64,000 nt of DNA from Burkholderiales bacterium. Lineage in GTDB: Bacteria; Pseudomonadota; Gammaproteobacteria; Burkholderiales; SG8-41. The stretch spans positions 138-64,137 of the forward strand of contig DASRJL010000014.1 in the NCBI GenBank assembly GCA_035649495.1, in the 5' to 3' direction. Below, one piece after another: positions 46,050-54,975 of the stretch (position 1 is its first letter; the number at the start of each line of letters is the position of its first letter). A model generated the notes under the pieces. It was not told the DNA's origin and did no database searches. It saw only the letters and a list, made by a program, of their open reading frames with translations. Made by a program: the position numbers and the translations under genes.

Positions 46050-47591
46050 TCAGGATCGGCCCCGGTGCTGGCGGTACGAGATCAGTTCGACGCGGCTGGC
46101 GGAGTTGATCGCGTTGCGCGCATTCCTCTTGGTGAACTCCATGGCGAGCACCCGCCGCGCCCGTTCCGGCGCGATCCAGTAGACGTATTCCCATGTGCCG
46201 CCTGTCCCCGCGACCGCACCGCGCCCTTCCACACGGTAGGCTTCGAACGTTCCCGCCGGCACCTTGATGGTTTCCTTGCCCGTTACCTTGAGAGTTATCT
46301 CCACATCGTCCTCGCGTTCCCGCGGCCACGCCGCGCGCCGCTTGTGAGTCCTGGAGTCGTTCTTTTCGAGCTGTTTGTCGCCGCGGATGATGTGAAAGCG
46401 GGTGGTCCACTTCTTGCCGATGCTGTATTCCGGAATGAAGATCTGCGACGGCGACAATTGCGTGCCGTCCCGGGCGAGCACGTCGTTGCCCAGCAGGTCG
46501 GTAATCCTGCGGCCCCTGTTGTAGATCACCTCCGTGTCCGTGATCTCCGTGACGGTTTCCGTGAATTCCCCGGCAGGATCCCGATTCAGCAGGTCCGCCC
46601 TGCTGTAGACATAGCGGTCACCGACGCTGAACGCGGTGTCGGCACGCTGCGTGCCCAGGGTGTAGGGGCGCTGCGGGGAGGCGACGACCGCCGCGACCTG
46701 CACCGGTTTCTCCCCCTGCTGCGCGAGCAGCCGATCCAGCCTGAACTGCGCAACCTCGGAAAACTTGCCGCTGGGGTAACGCCGCAGGTAGTTCTCCAGC
46801 GCCGCGATATCCTTGTCCGCGCCTATCTTCATCCACAGCGAGAGCTCATCCTCGAACTGCCGCTCGATCTCTTCGCGCGCGAGCTGGGTGCCCGCGGCCG
46901 GCGGCTGGAAATAGAAGTCCCCTTCGAGCGAGGTGCTTTCCCACGGGATCTGCTGCCCTTTCGACGCGAGGCGCACGTTCAAGCGCACGCGCTTGAACAC
47001 ATCCTCGATCTTCGCCTGCTTCACCTGGATTTCCTTGAGCAGGAATCCCGTGTAGAGGCCGTTCGCTCCCGTTCCGTCCGCTGCCACGTTCCCCGGCGCG
47101 GTCGCATAGGCGAGCAATGTGCCCGGAGGCGCATCGAGCTGGCTCAAGCCCTTCTGCTCCAAAGCCACCTGCGTCCCAAACGGATTGTCCCGGCACGCGT
47201 CCAGAATGATGATGTTCATCGCGTTGCGCGCGCGTATGAGGTCTTCCAGCAGCTGATAGACGTCGACCGCCTGCGTCTGCATCTCGGCGACGGTCCCGAT
47301 GGCGGCATCCACCGGCACGAGATAGTTGCGCCAGCCGAGTTGCGCTCCATGTCCCGCGAAATAGAACAGCCCCACCCCCTTCGACTTCGCCAGGCTCGCC
47401 CCGAAGGAATGGAACGCGTCGGTCATCTGCTTGCGGCCGGCGTCGAGTTGCAAGTCCACGGTGAAGCCCATGCGCTTCAACTGCTCGGCGATCGCGGCTG
47501 CGTCGTTGCCGGGATTCTTCAAGGGCGCTTCCTTGTAGCGGCTGTTGCCGATCACGAGGGCAACGCGCGGCAGGGCGCTGGGGGGAGACAT
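46050..47591 (-). CDS. caspase-like (peptidase C14) domain protein with a C-terminal uncharacterised domain
   Basis: RVALVIGNSRY, the His-Gly dyad YFAGHG and the catalytic Cys in ILDACRDNPF. Start taken conservatively at ATG 47591. Confidence 0.75.
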   Translation of the reverse strand: MSPPSALPRVALVIGNSRYKEAPLKNPGNDAAAIAEQLKRMGFTVDLQLDAGRKQMTDAFHSFGASLAKSKGVGLFYFAGHGAQLGWRNYLVPVDAAIGTVAEMQTQAVDVYQLLEDLIRARNAMNIIILDACRDNPFGTQVALEQKGLSQLDAPPGTLLAYATAPGNVAADGTGANGLYTGFLLKEIQVKQAKIEDVFKRVRLNVRLASKGQQIPWESTSLEGDFYFQPPAAGTQLAREEIERQFEDELSLWMKIGADKDIAALENYLRRYPSGKFSEVAQFRLDRLLAQQGEKPVQVAAVVASPQRPYTLGTQRADTAFSVGDRYVYSRADLLNRDPAGEFTETVTEITDTEVIYNRGRRITDLLGNDVLARDGTQLSPSQIFIPEYSIGKKWTTRFHIIRGDKQLEKNDSRTHKRRAAWPREREDDVEITLKVTGKETIKVPAGTFEAYRVEGRGAVAGTGGTWEYVYWIAPERARRVLAMEFTKRNARNAINSASRVELISYRQHRGRS

Positions 47592-47680
47592 CGACCGGCG
47601 CCGCCTGGAACGCCCCTCCCGGCAACGCCAGCACGCCGGCGGCCAGCAACAGCTGCAGCGCACGGCGAGCGAGGTCCCTT

Positions 47681-47701
47681 CGTGAACCGTGATCCGTGAT
47701 C
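47681..47701. repeat. tandem heptamer array (CGTGAWC)
   Basis: CGTGAAC CGTGATC CGTGATC, between the PhyH stop and the caspase-like gene start. Confidence 0.6.
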
Positions 47702-47719
47702 CGAAGCATGCGGCTCCAG

Positions 47720-48562
47720 CTACGCCGCCAGTTGAGGCTGCAGCGCGGATTCGGGCGTTCCGTCCTTCCACGGCAGCGGAACGTCGTAGTCCTTGAGCAG
47801 GCAGTCATCGGGCAGGCATTCGAGCGGCGTGAAGTCGCGATGCGCGATGTACTCGGGCCGCTTGAACCGCCGGATGTGATTCGACACGGCGCACAGGCTC
47901 AGGTACACGGCCACGCGGTTCCAGGGCGAGAGGTTGGACGTCGAGGCGTGCACCAGACACGAATGGAAGAGGATCATGGAGCCGCCCGGTCCTTTTGGCG
48001 CCACGATTCCGCCCCGCGCCACGAGCCTCGCGATCGTCTCGTGATCGATCGTCCACAACGGATAGCTGGTCGTGGTGAGGTCGTGCCCGGCGTCGAGCAC
48101 CCCCAGCTTGTGGCTCCCGGGGATGAACATGAGCGGGCCATTGAATTCGTTCACCTCGTCGAGGAAGATCGCGATGTTCATGGCGCGCGCCTCGGGCATG
48201 AGGTCGTCGTTCTTCCAGGTGCCGTAGTCCTGGTGCCACTGCCAGACGTCGCCGTCGAAAGCCATCTTGCCGTTGATCTTGAACTGGTGCATGTAGACGG
48301 CCTCGCCGAGGATCTGCACGACGGGGTCCACCATGCGCGGGTGGCGCGCGAGCCTCGCGAACGGATAGCTGTAGAGATGCGCGGCGAAGTTAGTGCGCAC
48401 CGCGTCGCTCCCCTTCTCTCGCACGTTCTCCGGCCGCTGTTGCGCGTAGAGGCGGGGCACCTCGTCGAGCAGGACCCTGGTCTCCTCCGGCCGGAACATG
48501 CCCGGGAAGAACAGGTAGCCTTCCCGTTCGAACTGATCGAGCTGCTGAGCGGTGAGTTTCAC
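47720..48562 (-). CDS. phytanoyl-CoA dioxygenase (PhyH) family protein
   Basis: GTG 48562 follows GGAGGAG. WQWHQDYG (H-x-D) motif. Confidence 0.8.
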   Translation of the reverse strand: MKLTAQQLDQFEREGYLFFPGMFRPEETRVLLDEVPRLYAQQRPENVREKGSDAVRTNFAAHLYSYPFARLARHPRMVDPVVQILGEAVYMHQFKINGKMAFDGDVWQWHQDYGTWKNDDLMPEARAMNIAIFLDEVNEFNGPLMFIPGSHKLGVLDAGHDLTTTSYPLWTIDHETIARLVARGGIVAPKGPGGSMILFHSCLVHASTSNLSPWNRVAVYLSLCAVSNHIRRFKRPEYIAHRDFTPLECLPDDCLLKDYDVPLPWKDGTPESALQPQLAA

Positions 48563-48628
48563 GGCTCCTCCATGCGAAATCCGCCGGCGCTCAAGCTGCC
48601 CCGGCCGCTGCGGGATATCATAGTGGAA

Positions 48629-49312
48629 ATGGACTATGAAATCAGGCTGTACATGGACCAGCTGGCGCCGCAGGCAGTCGTGCAGATGCCGCTGCACTCC
48701 GCTCCGGTGCGGGCGATCTACGTGATTTCCGGCGGCCTACGGCTGGGCTCCGGCGGGGCCACGGCTACGCTCGGCGCCAACAGCGCCTGGCACAACCGCG
48801 GCGCCGTGCGCGCCGGGGCCGGACATCTCACGACCCTCGCGTTGCGCTGGGAGCTTGCTGGCCCCGGGGAGCCGGATGCTCCCCTCGCGGGAGATGGCGT
48901 GACGAGCACGCGCCTGCTCTCGGCGAGGCTGGCGCTCGATCCCGCTCAACCGTACCTGTTGCGCTGCGATCGCGTGGATTTTCCGCCCGGCGGCGAGGCG
49001 CTCCTGCACACGCATGCAGGCGGCGGCATACGCTGCCTGCTCTTCGGCGCCATCGAAATCGAGACGAAAGGCAAGCGCACCCCGTACGGGCCGCTCGCGT
49101 CCTGGTTCGAGGCCGGACCCGATCCCGTTTACGCCGCCGCCTCGAAGACCGAGCCGACCGCTTTCGCCCGGGTCATGATCCTGCCGCGCTCTTTGCTCGG
49201 GAAATCGTCCATCGCTTACGTCAACGCCGAGGACGTCGCGAAGCCCAGGAGCCAGCAGTATCAGGTGTTCATTGATGTCGCGGTTGAGCTTCCGCCCAAC
49301 CCAAACGAGTGA
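48629..49312 (+). CDS. cupin-domain protein
   Basis: Real part of track ORF 47696..49312, starting at MDYEIRLY. FPPGGEALLHTHAGGGIRCLLFG is a cupin motif. Confidence 0.65.
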   Translation: MDYEIRLYMDQLAPQAVVQMPLHSAPVRAIYVISGGLRLGSGGATATLGANSAWHNRGAVRAGAGHLTTLALRWELAGPGEPDAPLAGDGVTSTRLLSARLALDPAQPYLLRCDRVDFPPGGEALLHTHAGGGIRCLLFGAIEIETKGKRTPYGPLASWFEAGPDPVYAAASKTEPTAFARVMILPRSLLGKSSIAYVNAEDVAKPRSQQYQVFIDVAVELPPNPNE

Positions 49313-49425
49313 TGAGTACTGGTGATGAATACTGGTGATGGCAACTGGTGATGAAAAGGCGCGCTACTCGTACATCACCATTTTTCATCACTATTTCTCA
49401 TCACCATCTTTCATCACCATTTTTC
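49309..49425. repeat. hairpin with 13-nt periodic arms
   Basis: Left arm is (G)GTGATGNNNACT x4, right arm is CATCAC(C/T)ATNTNT x4. GGTGATG/CATCACC stems alternate with mismatched 6-mers. The array begins at the TGA of 48629..49312. Confidence 0.7.
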
Positions 49426-49476
49426 CCTGCTGCTGCCTGAGGTATAGTTGCAGTCAGATCGACTGAGGAGTCAGCA

Positions 49477-50010
49477 ATGGTAATGCTGTACGACCCGACG
49501 GCGCCGCGGCGCGAGGGCGGCGACACGGGAGAGCGCAAGACGCTCGCTGGGCTGAAAGGCGCGGTGGTCGGGTTCATCGACAACGCCAAGCCCAATTTCA
49601 ACCACCTGGTGGACGATCTCGCCGAATTGCTCGAAAGCCGCTACGGCGTGCGCGCGGTCGTGAAGCGCCGCAAGCGTTCCGCGTCGGTGCCGGCGCCCGA
49701 GGAGATGCTCCGGGAAGTCGCCAGTCAGTGCGACCTGGTGATCACCGGCTCGGGCGACTGAGGATCCTGCTCGTCGTGGAGTGTCCACGACAGTGTAGAA
49801 GCTGCGAAGCAGGGACGCGCCGCCGTGGCAATCTGCTCGACCGCCTTTCTCACGCTCGGCCGCGCGCAGGCGCGGGCACTGGGCAATCCCGACCTGCCGA
49901 TCGCGGTTATCCCGCATCCGTTCGGCGTGCGCTCGCGCGAGGAAGTGCGGCAGATGGCGGAGAAGTGCGTGGACGACATCGCGAAGCTCGTTGCATACCA
50001 GGAACCCTAG
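49477..50010 (+). CDS. UGSC-family selenoprotein (TGA 49759-49761 read as selenocysteine)
   Basis: GAGGAG RBS. Track ORFs 49477..49761 and 49825..50010 share one frame and are separated only by this TGA. The junction reads VITGSGD-U-GSC-SSW. A hairpin follows the TGA. Confidence 0.8.
49768..49795 (+). promoter_or_regulatory. putative bacterial SECIS hairpin for TGA 49759
   Basis: GUCGUGG at 49773-49779 pairs with CCACGAC at 49785-49791. Apical loop is AGUGU. The stem extends through CU/AG with a bulged C at 49772. Confidence 0.55.
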
Positions 50011-50148
50011 CCACGGAATCACACGGACACACGGAAGTGATTTGCTCTGGGGCGCTTTTCATGATGGCAGGACGCTTGCATGTACGTTCTGTCGATGTCG
50101 TCTCTATGGTGCTATTTTCGTCCGTGTAATTCCGTGTGTGTCCGTGGC
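50010..50148. repeat. inverted-arm element family E, copy 2
   Basis: GCCACGGAATCACACGGACACACGGAA ... TTCCGTGTGTGTCCGTGGC. Same arm vocabulary as 34179..34316 with a different core. Confidence 0.65.
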
Positions 50149-50152
50149 TGAA

Positions 50153-51211
50153 ATGGACTTTGACATGAACCCTGTACCAGCCGCGGCGACGTTCGAAGCG
50201 CCCGACGATCTCGAGGAAATCAACCGCCTCTACCGCGAGCGCAAGTGGGGTGACGGGCTGCCGATCGTGCCGCCTACCGTGGAGCGCGTCGAGCGCATGC
50301 TGCGGCACACGCAGCGCGACCGCCACGAAGTCGTCGCGCGGGTCGCGCCCGGCTTCGGGGAGGCGACGGTAGAGCGCATCGCGATCAACGCCGTCATGGC
50401 GGGCTGCGACCCGGAGTACCTGCCCGTCCTGATCGCCGCCACCGGGGCGGTCGCGTCGCCCGAGTTCAACCTCCAGGGAATACAGGCGACGACCAATTCG
50501 GTCGCCGTGTGGGTGATCGTCAGCGGGCCGCTGGCGAAGACATTGGAGGTCAACGCCGCTTTCAACTGCCTCGGCCAGGGCTGGTGGGCGAACGGCACCA
50601 TAGGGCGCGGGCTGCGGCTGATACTGCAGAACGTCGGCGGCGCGCTGCCGGGCGAGATGGACCGCGCGACCCACGGCCAGCCGGGGAAGTACTCGTTCTG
50701 CTGCGGCGAGAACGAGGAGGCGAGCCCGTGGGACCCGCTCAACGTGGAGCGCGGCCACGCGCGCGGCGCGAGCACCGTCACGGTGGTGGGCGCCGAGGGC
50801 ACCATGAACATGAACACGCACACCAAGGAGGCGCCGGAGCTGATCCGCGCGTTCGCCGAGACGATGCAGCATCCGCCGAGCAACGAGTACACGCACGGCG
50901 GCGAGCCATGGCTCATCCTGAGCCCGGAGCACGCCGACATCTTTCACCGCGCCGGATGGGGGAAGAGCGAAGTGAAGCGCCGGCTGTGGGAGGCCTCGAA
51001 GATGCCCGCGCGCAGGATGACGGCGAAGGACTTGCTGCGGGTGCACGATTCGCACGGATTGAAGCCGGGGCAGTTGAAGCCCGACGACCTGCTCGCGATT
51101 TCCGAAACGCCCGAGGACATCTGGCTGCTGGTGGCCGGCGGGCCGGGGACGCACTCGGTTTACGTGCCGTGCTTCGGCAACTCGCGAGCCGTTACCCGTG
51201 CCATCCAGTAA
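50153..51211 (+). CDS. conserved-looking uncharacterised protein (352 aa)
   Basis: Real part of track ORF 49991..51211, starting at MDFDMNPV. Clean coding composition. No family recognised. Confidence 0.7.
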   Translation: MDFDMNPVPAAATFEAPDDLEEINRLYRERKWGDGLPIVPPTVERVERMLRHTQRDRHEVVARVAPGFGEATVERIAINAVMAGCDPEYLPVLIAATGAVASPEFNLQGIQATTNSVAVWVIVSGPLAKTLEVNAAFNCLGQGWWANGTIGRGLRLILQNVGGALPGEMDRATHGQPGKYSFCCGENEEASPWDPLNVERGHARGASTVTVVGAEGTMNMNTHTKEAPELIRAFAETMQHPPSNEYTHGGEPWLILSPEHADIFHRAGWGKSEVKRRLWEASKMPARRMTAKDLLRVHDSHGLKPGQLKPDDLLAISETPEDIWLLVAGGPGTHSVYVPCFGNSRAVTRAIQ

Positions 51212-51235
51212 AGCCTCATGCCCTCGGTGCGCGGT

Positions 51236-51338
51236 TTTGCCGCAGAAAATCGAGCTCTAGGCGTAAAAACAGAGCGTTTTACAGAACTAAACATCAATTA
51301 ATCAGGCACTTCCTGGGGTCAGACCCCGGGAAGTGATT
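51236..51338. repeat. element family D (TTGCCGCAGAAAA ... AAACATCAATTA ... GGGGTCAGACCCC), copy 1
   Basis: Ends in the 29-nt near-perfect palindrome CACTTCCTGGGGTCAGACCCCGGGAAGTG (51307-51335), between convergent genes. Confidence 0.55.
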
Positions 51339-51339
51339 G

Positions 51340-52635
51340 TCAGGGCATGTCCTTGTCGGTGTAGACCAACGACACCCGCGCTTCCTCCGGCACGGGCGGC
51401 ATCGTCGTGCTCCACTCGGCATACCGGGCACGCAGCGCGGCGAGCCGGTCGGGGTGGCGCCGCGCGAGGTTGGCGCGCTCGCGCTCGTCCGCCTCGAGAT
51501 CGAAGAGATACTCGTTCGCGCCGATCGCGAGGTATTTCCAGCGACCTTCGCGCAGCGCGCGCTGATCGCGGTGCTTCATGCGCCAGAAGAGGGCCCGGTC
51601 GCTGCACGCGACCGGATCGCGCAGCACCGGAACGAGGGACATTCCGTCAAGGGGATGGTCCGCGTGCGCGGGCACGCTCGCCGCGGCGAGGAACGTCGCG
51701 ACCCAGTCCATCGTGATCGCGAGTTGCGACGTGACGCCGCCCGCCCCGACCACGCGCGGCCAGTGCGCGATGTACGGCACGCGGATGCCGCCCTCGGTCA
51801 GGTCCATCTTGCCGCCGACGAGCGGCCAGTTGTCCGAGAAGCGCTCGCCGCCGTTGTCGCTGGTGAACACGATCAGCGTGTCCTCGAGCAGCCCCCCCGC
51901 CTCCAGCGCCGCGGCGACCCCGCCGATCCCCTCGTCCATGTGATGGATCATCCGCTGGTAGACGCGGATCGAGCCACCGTCGAGATGGGCGATGTTCCCC
52001 TTGAGCCCGGCGGCGACCCCGGCGTCGTCGCGCGTCTCCCACGGCCAGTGCGGCGCGGTGTAGTGCAGGCTAAGCAGGAACGGCCGGCGGTCCGCGGCGC
52101 GCCGCCGCACGAAGTCCACGGCTCGCTGCGACAGCAGGTCCGTGAGGTAGCCCTCGGCGCGTGCGGGCTCGCCGTTCTCGTAGAGATCGCCCCGGCCCTC
52201 GCGGTCGGTGTGGGTGAAGTAGTCGACGCCGCCCGACACCGGCCCGAAGTGCTCCTCGTAGCCGCTCTTCAGCGGACCGAAGTGCGGCGGAAAGCCGAGG
52301 TGCCACTTGCCAACGAGCGCCGTGCGGTAGCCCGCGTCGCGCAGCAGCGATGGCAGCGTCGGATGCGCGGGCGGTAACCCGATCTCCGGGTGGCCGCGTG
52401 CCCGTCCGGACATCGGCTCCTCGGCAGCGCCGCGCAGCCGGTACTGGTAGCGCCCGGTAATCAGAGCGAACCGGGTCGGCGAGCACACCGGCGCGTTGGC
52501 GTAGCCCTGCGTGAAGCGCAGCCCGCGCGCGGCCAGGCGGTCGAGGTGGGGCGACACCGGCGCGCGGCCGCCGTAGCATCCGAGGTCCGCGTAACCCAGG
52601 TCGTCGGCGAGGATAAAGACGAAGTTCGTCGGCAC
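51340..52635 (-). CDS. arylsulfatase (Cys-type, formylglycine-dependent)
   Basis: FVFILADDLGYADLGCYG and the C-S-P-T-R formylglycine motif (VCSPTRFALITGR). Start set to GTG 52635 and is uncertain. Confidence 0.85.
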   Translation of the reverse strand: MPTNFVFILADDLGYADLGCYGGRAPVSPHLDRLAARGLRFTQGYANAPVCSPTRFALITGRYQYRLRGAAEEPMSGRARGHPEIGLPPAHPTLPSLLRDAGYRTALVGKWHLGFPPHFGPLKSGYEEHFGPVSGGVDYFTHTDREGRGDLYENGEPARAEGYLTDLLSQRAVDFVRRRAADRRPFLLSLHYTAPHWPWETRDDAGVAAGLKGNIAHLDGGSIRVYQRMIHHMDEGIGGVAAALEAGGLLEDTLIVFTSDNGGERFSDNWPLVGGKMDLTEGGIRVPYIAHWPRVVGAGGVTSQLAITMDWVATFLAAASVPAHADHPLDGMSLVPVLRDPVACSDRALFWRMKHRDQRALREGRWKYLAIGANEYLFDLEADERERANLARRHPDRLAALRARYAEWSTTMPPVPEEARVSLVYTDKDMP

Positions 52636-52844
52636 CGGCCGCAAGTGTAAGCCTGCAGTCAACACAACGCCAAAGGGTGGCGAAATACCGGGCCACCGAG
52701 CGTTGTCTGCGCGTTCCGCCTTCCTGCACTCGTTGACGTGCCCCGAGGGGTGTGATTGACTCGCCCGTTTGACGTGACGGACAGGGAGCGATGAAAACCA
52801 TGGCAAAGAAGCGGACGGCAGCGAAACCGATGCGCGCGCGCGGG

Positions 52845-53729
52845 ATGACGTTCTGCACGCTGGCCGGGAGCGGCGGCGGCACGCTGGGGCTCAGGACCGA
52901 GCGGGGTATCCTGGATGCGGCAGCGGCGTCCAGGCTCTACCGGATCGCGGCACCCACGGACATTCACGCGGTGATCGAAGGCGCGGATTGCGCGCCGCTC
53001 GCGCGACTCGCCGGGAAGGCGCTCGACGACAAGCGCGGCCGGAGCGTGCTGATTCCCGAAGCGCGCGCCCGGTTCGCGCCGGCCGTTCCGCGTCCCGGCA
53101 AGATCATCTGCGTCGGACTCAACTACCGGCAGCACGCGGTTGAGACCGGCAACGCGATTCCACCGGTGCCGATGCTGTTCAACAAGTTCAACAACACGCT
53201 CCTCGGCCATCGGGGCAGGATCCCGCTGCCGGTCAAGGTCGGCACGAAGTTCGACTACGAAGTGGAACTCGTCGTGGTGATGGGTCGGAAGGCGCACGAC
53301 GTGCCCGAGGAGAAGGCGCTGTCCTACATCTTCGGCTACGCCAACGGGAACGATTTTTCCGCGCGCGACATCATGCGTTCGAGCAGCCAGATCATGATCG
53401 GCAAGACCTGCGACGGTTTCGCGCCGCTCGGGCCTTGGGTCGTCACCGCGGACCAGATTCCGGATCCGCAGAACCTCAAGATCGCCACCTACGTGAACGG
53501 CGAGGAGCGCCAGAACTCGAACACCTCCGACATGATCTTCAGCTGCGCGCAGATCGTCAGCTACTGCTCGCGCCACCTGACGCTCCTGCCCGGCGACATC
53601 ATCTATACCGGCACGCCGCAGGGGGTCATCCTGGGCTACCCGCCGGAGAAGCAGGTGTGGCTGAAGCGCGGGGACAAGGTCGTGACCGAGGTCGAGAAGT
53701 GCGGCACGCTCGAGGTGACGCTGGCCTGA
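52845..53729 (+). CDS. fumarylacetoacetate hydrolase (FAH) family protein
   Basis: GKIICVGLNYRQHA, FDYEVELVVVMG and GDIIYTGTPQGV motifs. Confidence 0.85.
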   Translation: MTFCTLAGSGGGTLGLRTERGILDAAAASRLYRIAAPTDIHAVIEGADCAPLARLAGKALDDKRGRSVLIPEARARFAPAVPRPGKIICVGLNYRQHAVETGNAIPPVPMLFNKFNNTLLGHRGRIPLPVKVGTKFDYEVELVVVMGRKAHDVPEEKALSYIFGYANGNDFSARDIMRSSSQIMIGKTCDGFAPLGPWVVTADQIPDPQNLKIATYVNGEERQNSNTSDMIFSCAQIVSYCSRHLTLLPGDIIYTGTPQGVILGYPPEKQVWLKRGDKVVTEVEKCGTLEVTLA

Positions 53730-53787
53730 CGGCTATGTCTCCTTGGGGTCGACTCCGGAAGCCCGGGATTCCCGAAAGCGGCCAGTT

Positions 53788-54798
53788 TCATTCGATCACC
53801 AGGACGGCCTGCTTGACGATAGACTCTGGAATCGTCACGCCGAGGGCTTTCGCAGCCTTGAGATTTACCGACATGTCGAACAGTTTCGGCCCCTCTACCG
53901 GGAGGTCAGCGGTTTTAGCGCCCTTGACGATCTTATCGACGAATCCGGCAGTCCGGCGATAGATATCGGGGACATCCGCCCCATAGGAGATGAGCCCCCC
54001 ATCCTGGACGAATGGTTTCCACTCGTAGATGGCGGGCAGCCCGTTCTTCGCCGCGCGCTCGATAATGCGTTGTCGCTGGACGTTGAACATCGGATTAACC
54101 AGCACGATGAGTCCATCGGCGCGCTCCTTGGCCATGGCTGAAAAGGCAGCGTCAAAGTCGTCAACCTTTGCTGCCTCAACAACCTGAATTTCTACGCCAA
54201 TCGAACGGGCAGTGGCTTGTGTCTCTTTCAACATCTTCTTGAACGTGTCTTCGGTGAGCGTGCCCGGACTCCACAGGATGGCCACGCGGCTCAGGGTCGG
54301 CGCGATCTGTTTGAGTAGTTGGAGCCTCTGCGGCGTCAGCTCCGGCATCATCTCTGTGATACCAGTAATGTTTCCTTCGGGGCGATTCGGGTTCTTGAGG
54401 ACTCCCATCGCCACGGGATCGGCGCTGGGTGTCATGATGATGGGAACGCGACTGGTGCTTTGCTTGGCGGCGATCAACGCCTCGAACGGTCCCGCAATGA
54501 TTGCGGCCACGCCTGAGCGCTCGAGCTCCGCCGCCTGTTCCGGCATCAGTTCAATTTTGCCGCCCGCATAGCGCGGCTCTATCACGTAGGTCTGCCCTTC
54601 CACATGGCCTAGCTCGCGCATCCCCTGGTGGAATGCACCCAGGTTCGCGTCCTTGGCAGTCGGCCCTGCACGCGACATCCAGCCGACTCGAGCAGCTTTG
54701 GTCGGTGCCTGTGCTTCGGCGACAAGTGGCAGCCCAGCAGTAATAATGCTGCCCACCAGAATGAAAAATGCAAGTGAAGCTTTGACTGTCGTGCCCAT
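53788..54798 (-). CDS. ABC transporter substrate-binding protein (ABC_sub_bind type)
   Basis: Signal peptide starting at MGTTVK. Family-like pattern (RVGWMS, RVAILWSPG). Lower GC than its neighbours. Confidence 0.7.
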   Translation of the reverse strand: MGTTVKASLAFFILVGSIITAGLPLVAEAQAPTKAARVGWMSRAGPTAKDANLGAFHQGMRELGHVEGQTYVIEPRYAGGKIELMPEQAAELERSGVAAIIAGPFEALIAAKQSTSRVPIIMTPSADPVAMGVLKNPNRPEGNITGITEMMPELTPQRLQLLKQIAPTLSRVAILWSPGTLTEDTFKKMLKETQATARSIGVEIQVVEAAKVDDFDAAFSAMAKERADGLIVLVNPMFNVQRQRIIERAAKNGLPAIYEWKPFVQDGGLISYGADVPDIYRRTAGFVDKIVKGAKTADLPVEGPKLFDMSVNLKAAKALGVTIPESIVKQAVLVIE

Positions 54799-54975
54799 AT
54801 CCGCCGCCTTTCGAAATAGGCGCACCGAGGTGCGCCGAAGAACTGGATGCTGGGAGGCGGGGGGTGGGGTGTCCGTCCGTTACCGTACATACGGTCTTCG
54901 GTATCCAAACGTGAGGCTTTTCTGCCGCGCCTTCCCTGGCGGCCTTGGCGTGCTTGGCGGTGAGGCTTATTACTC

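Noticed and set aside
46050-48562. The caspase-like protease plus its neighbours, considered as a possible anti-phage or abortive-infection module.
   Set aside because: The neighbours are a PhyH dioxygenase and Bug transport proteins. No NTPase, nuclease, TIR, CHAT-partner or sensor gene is adjacent, so there is nothing in the sequence to support a defence system.
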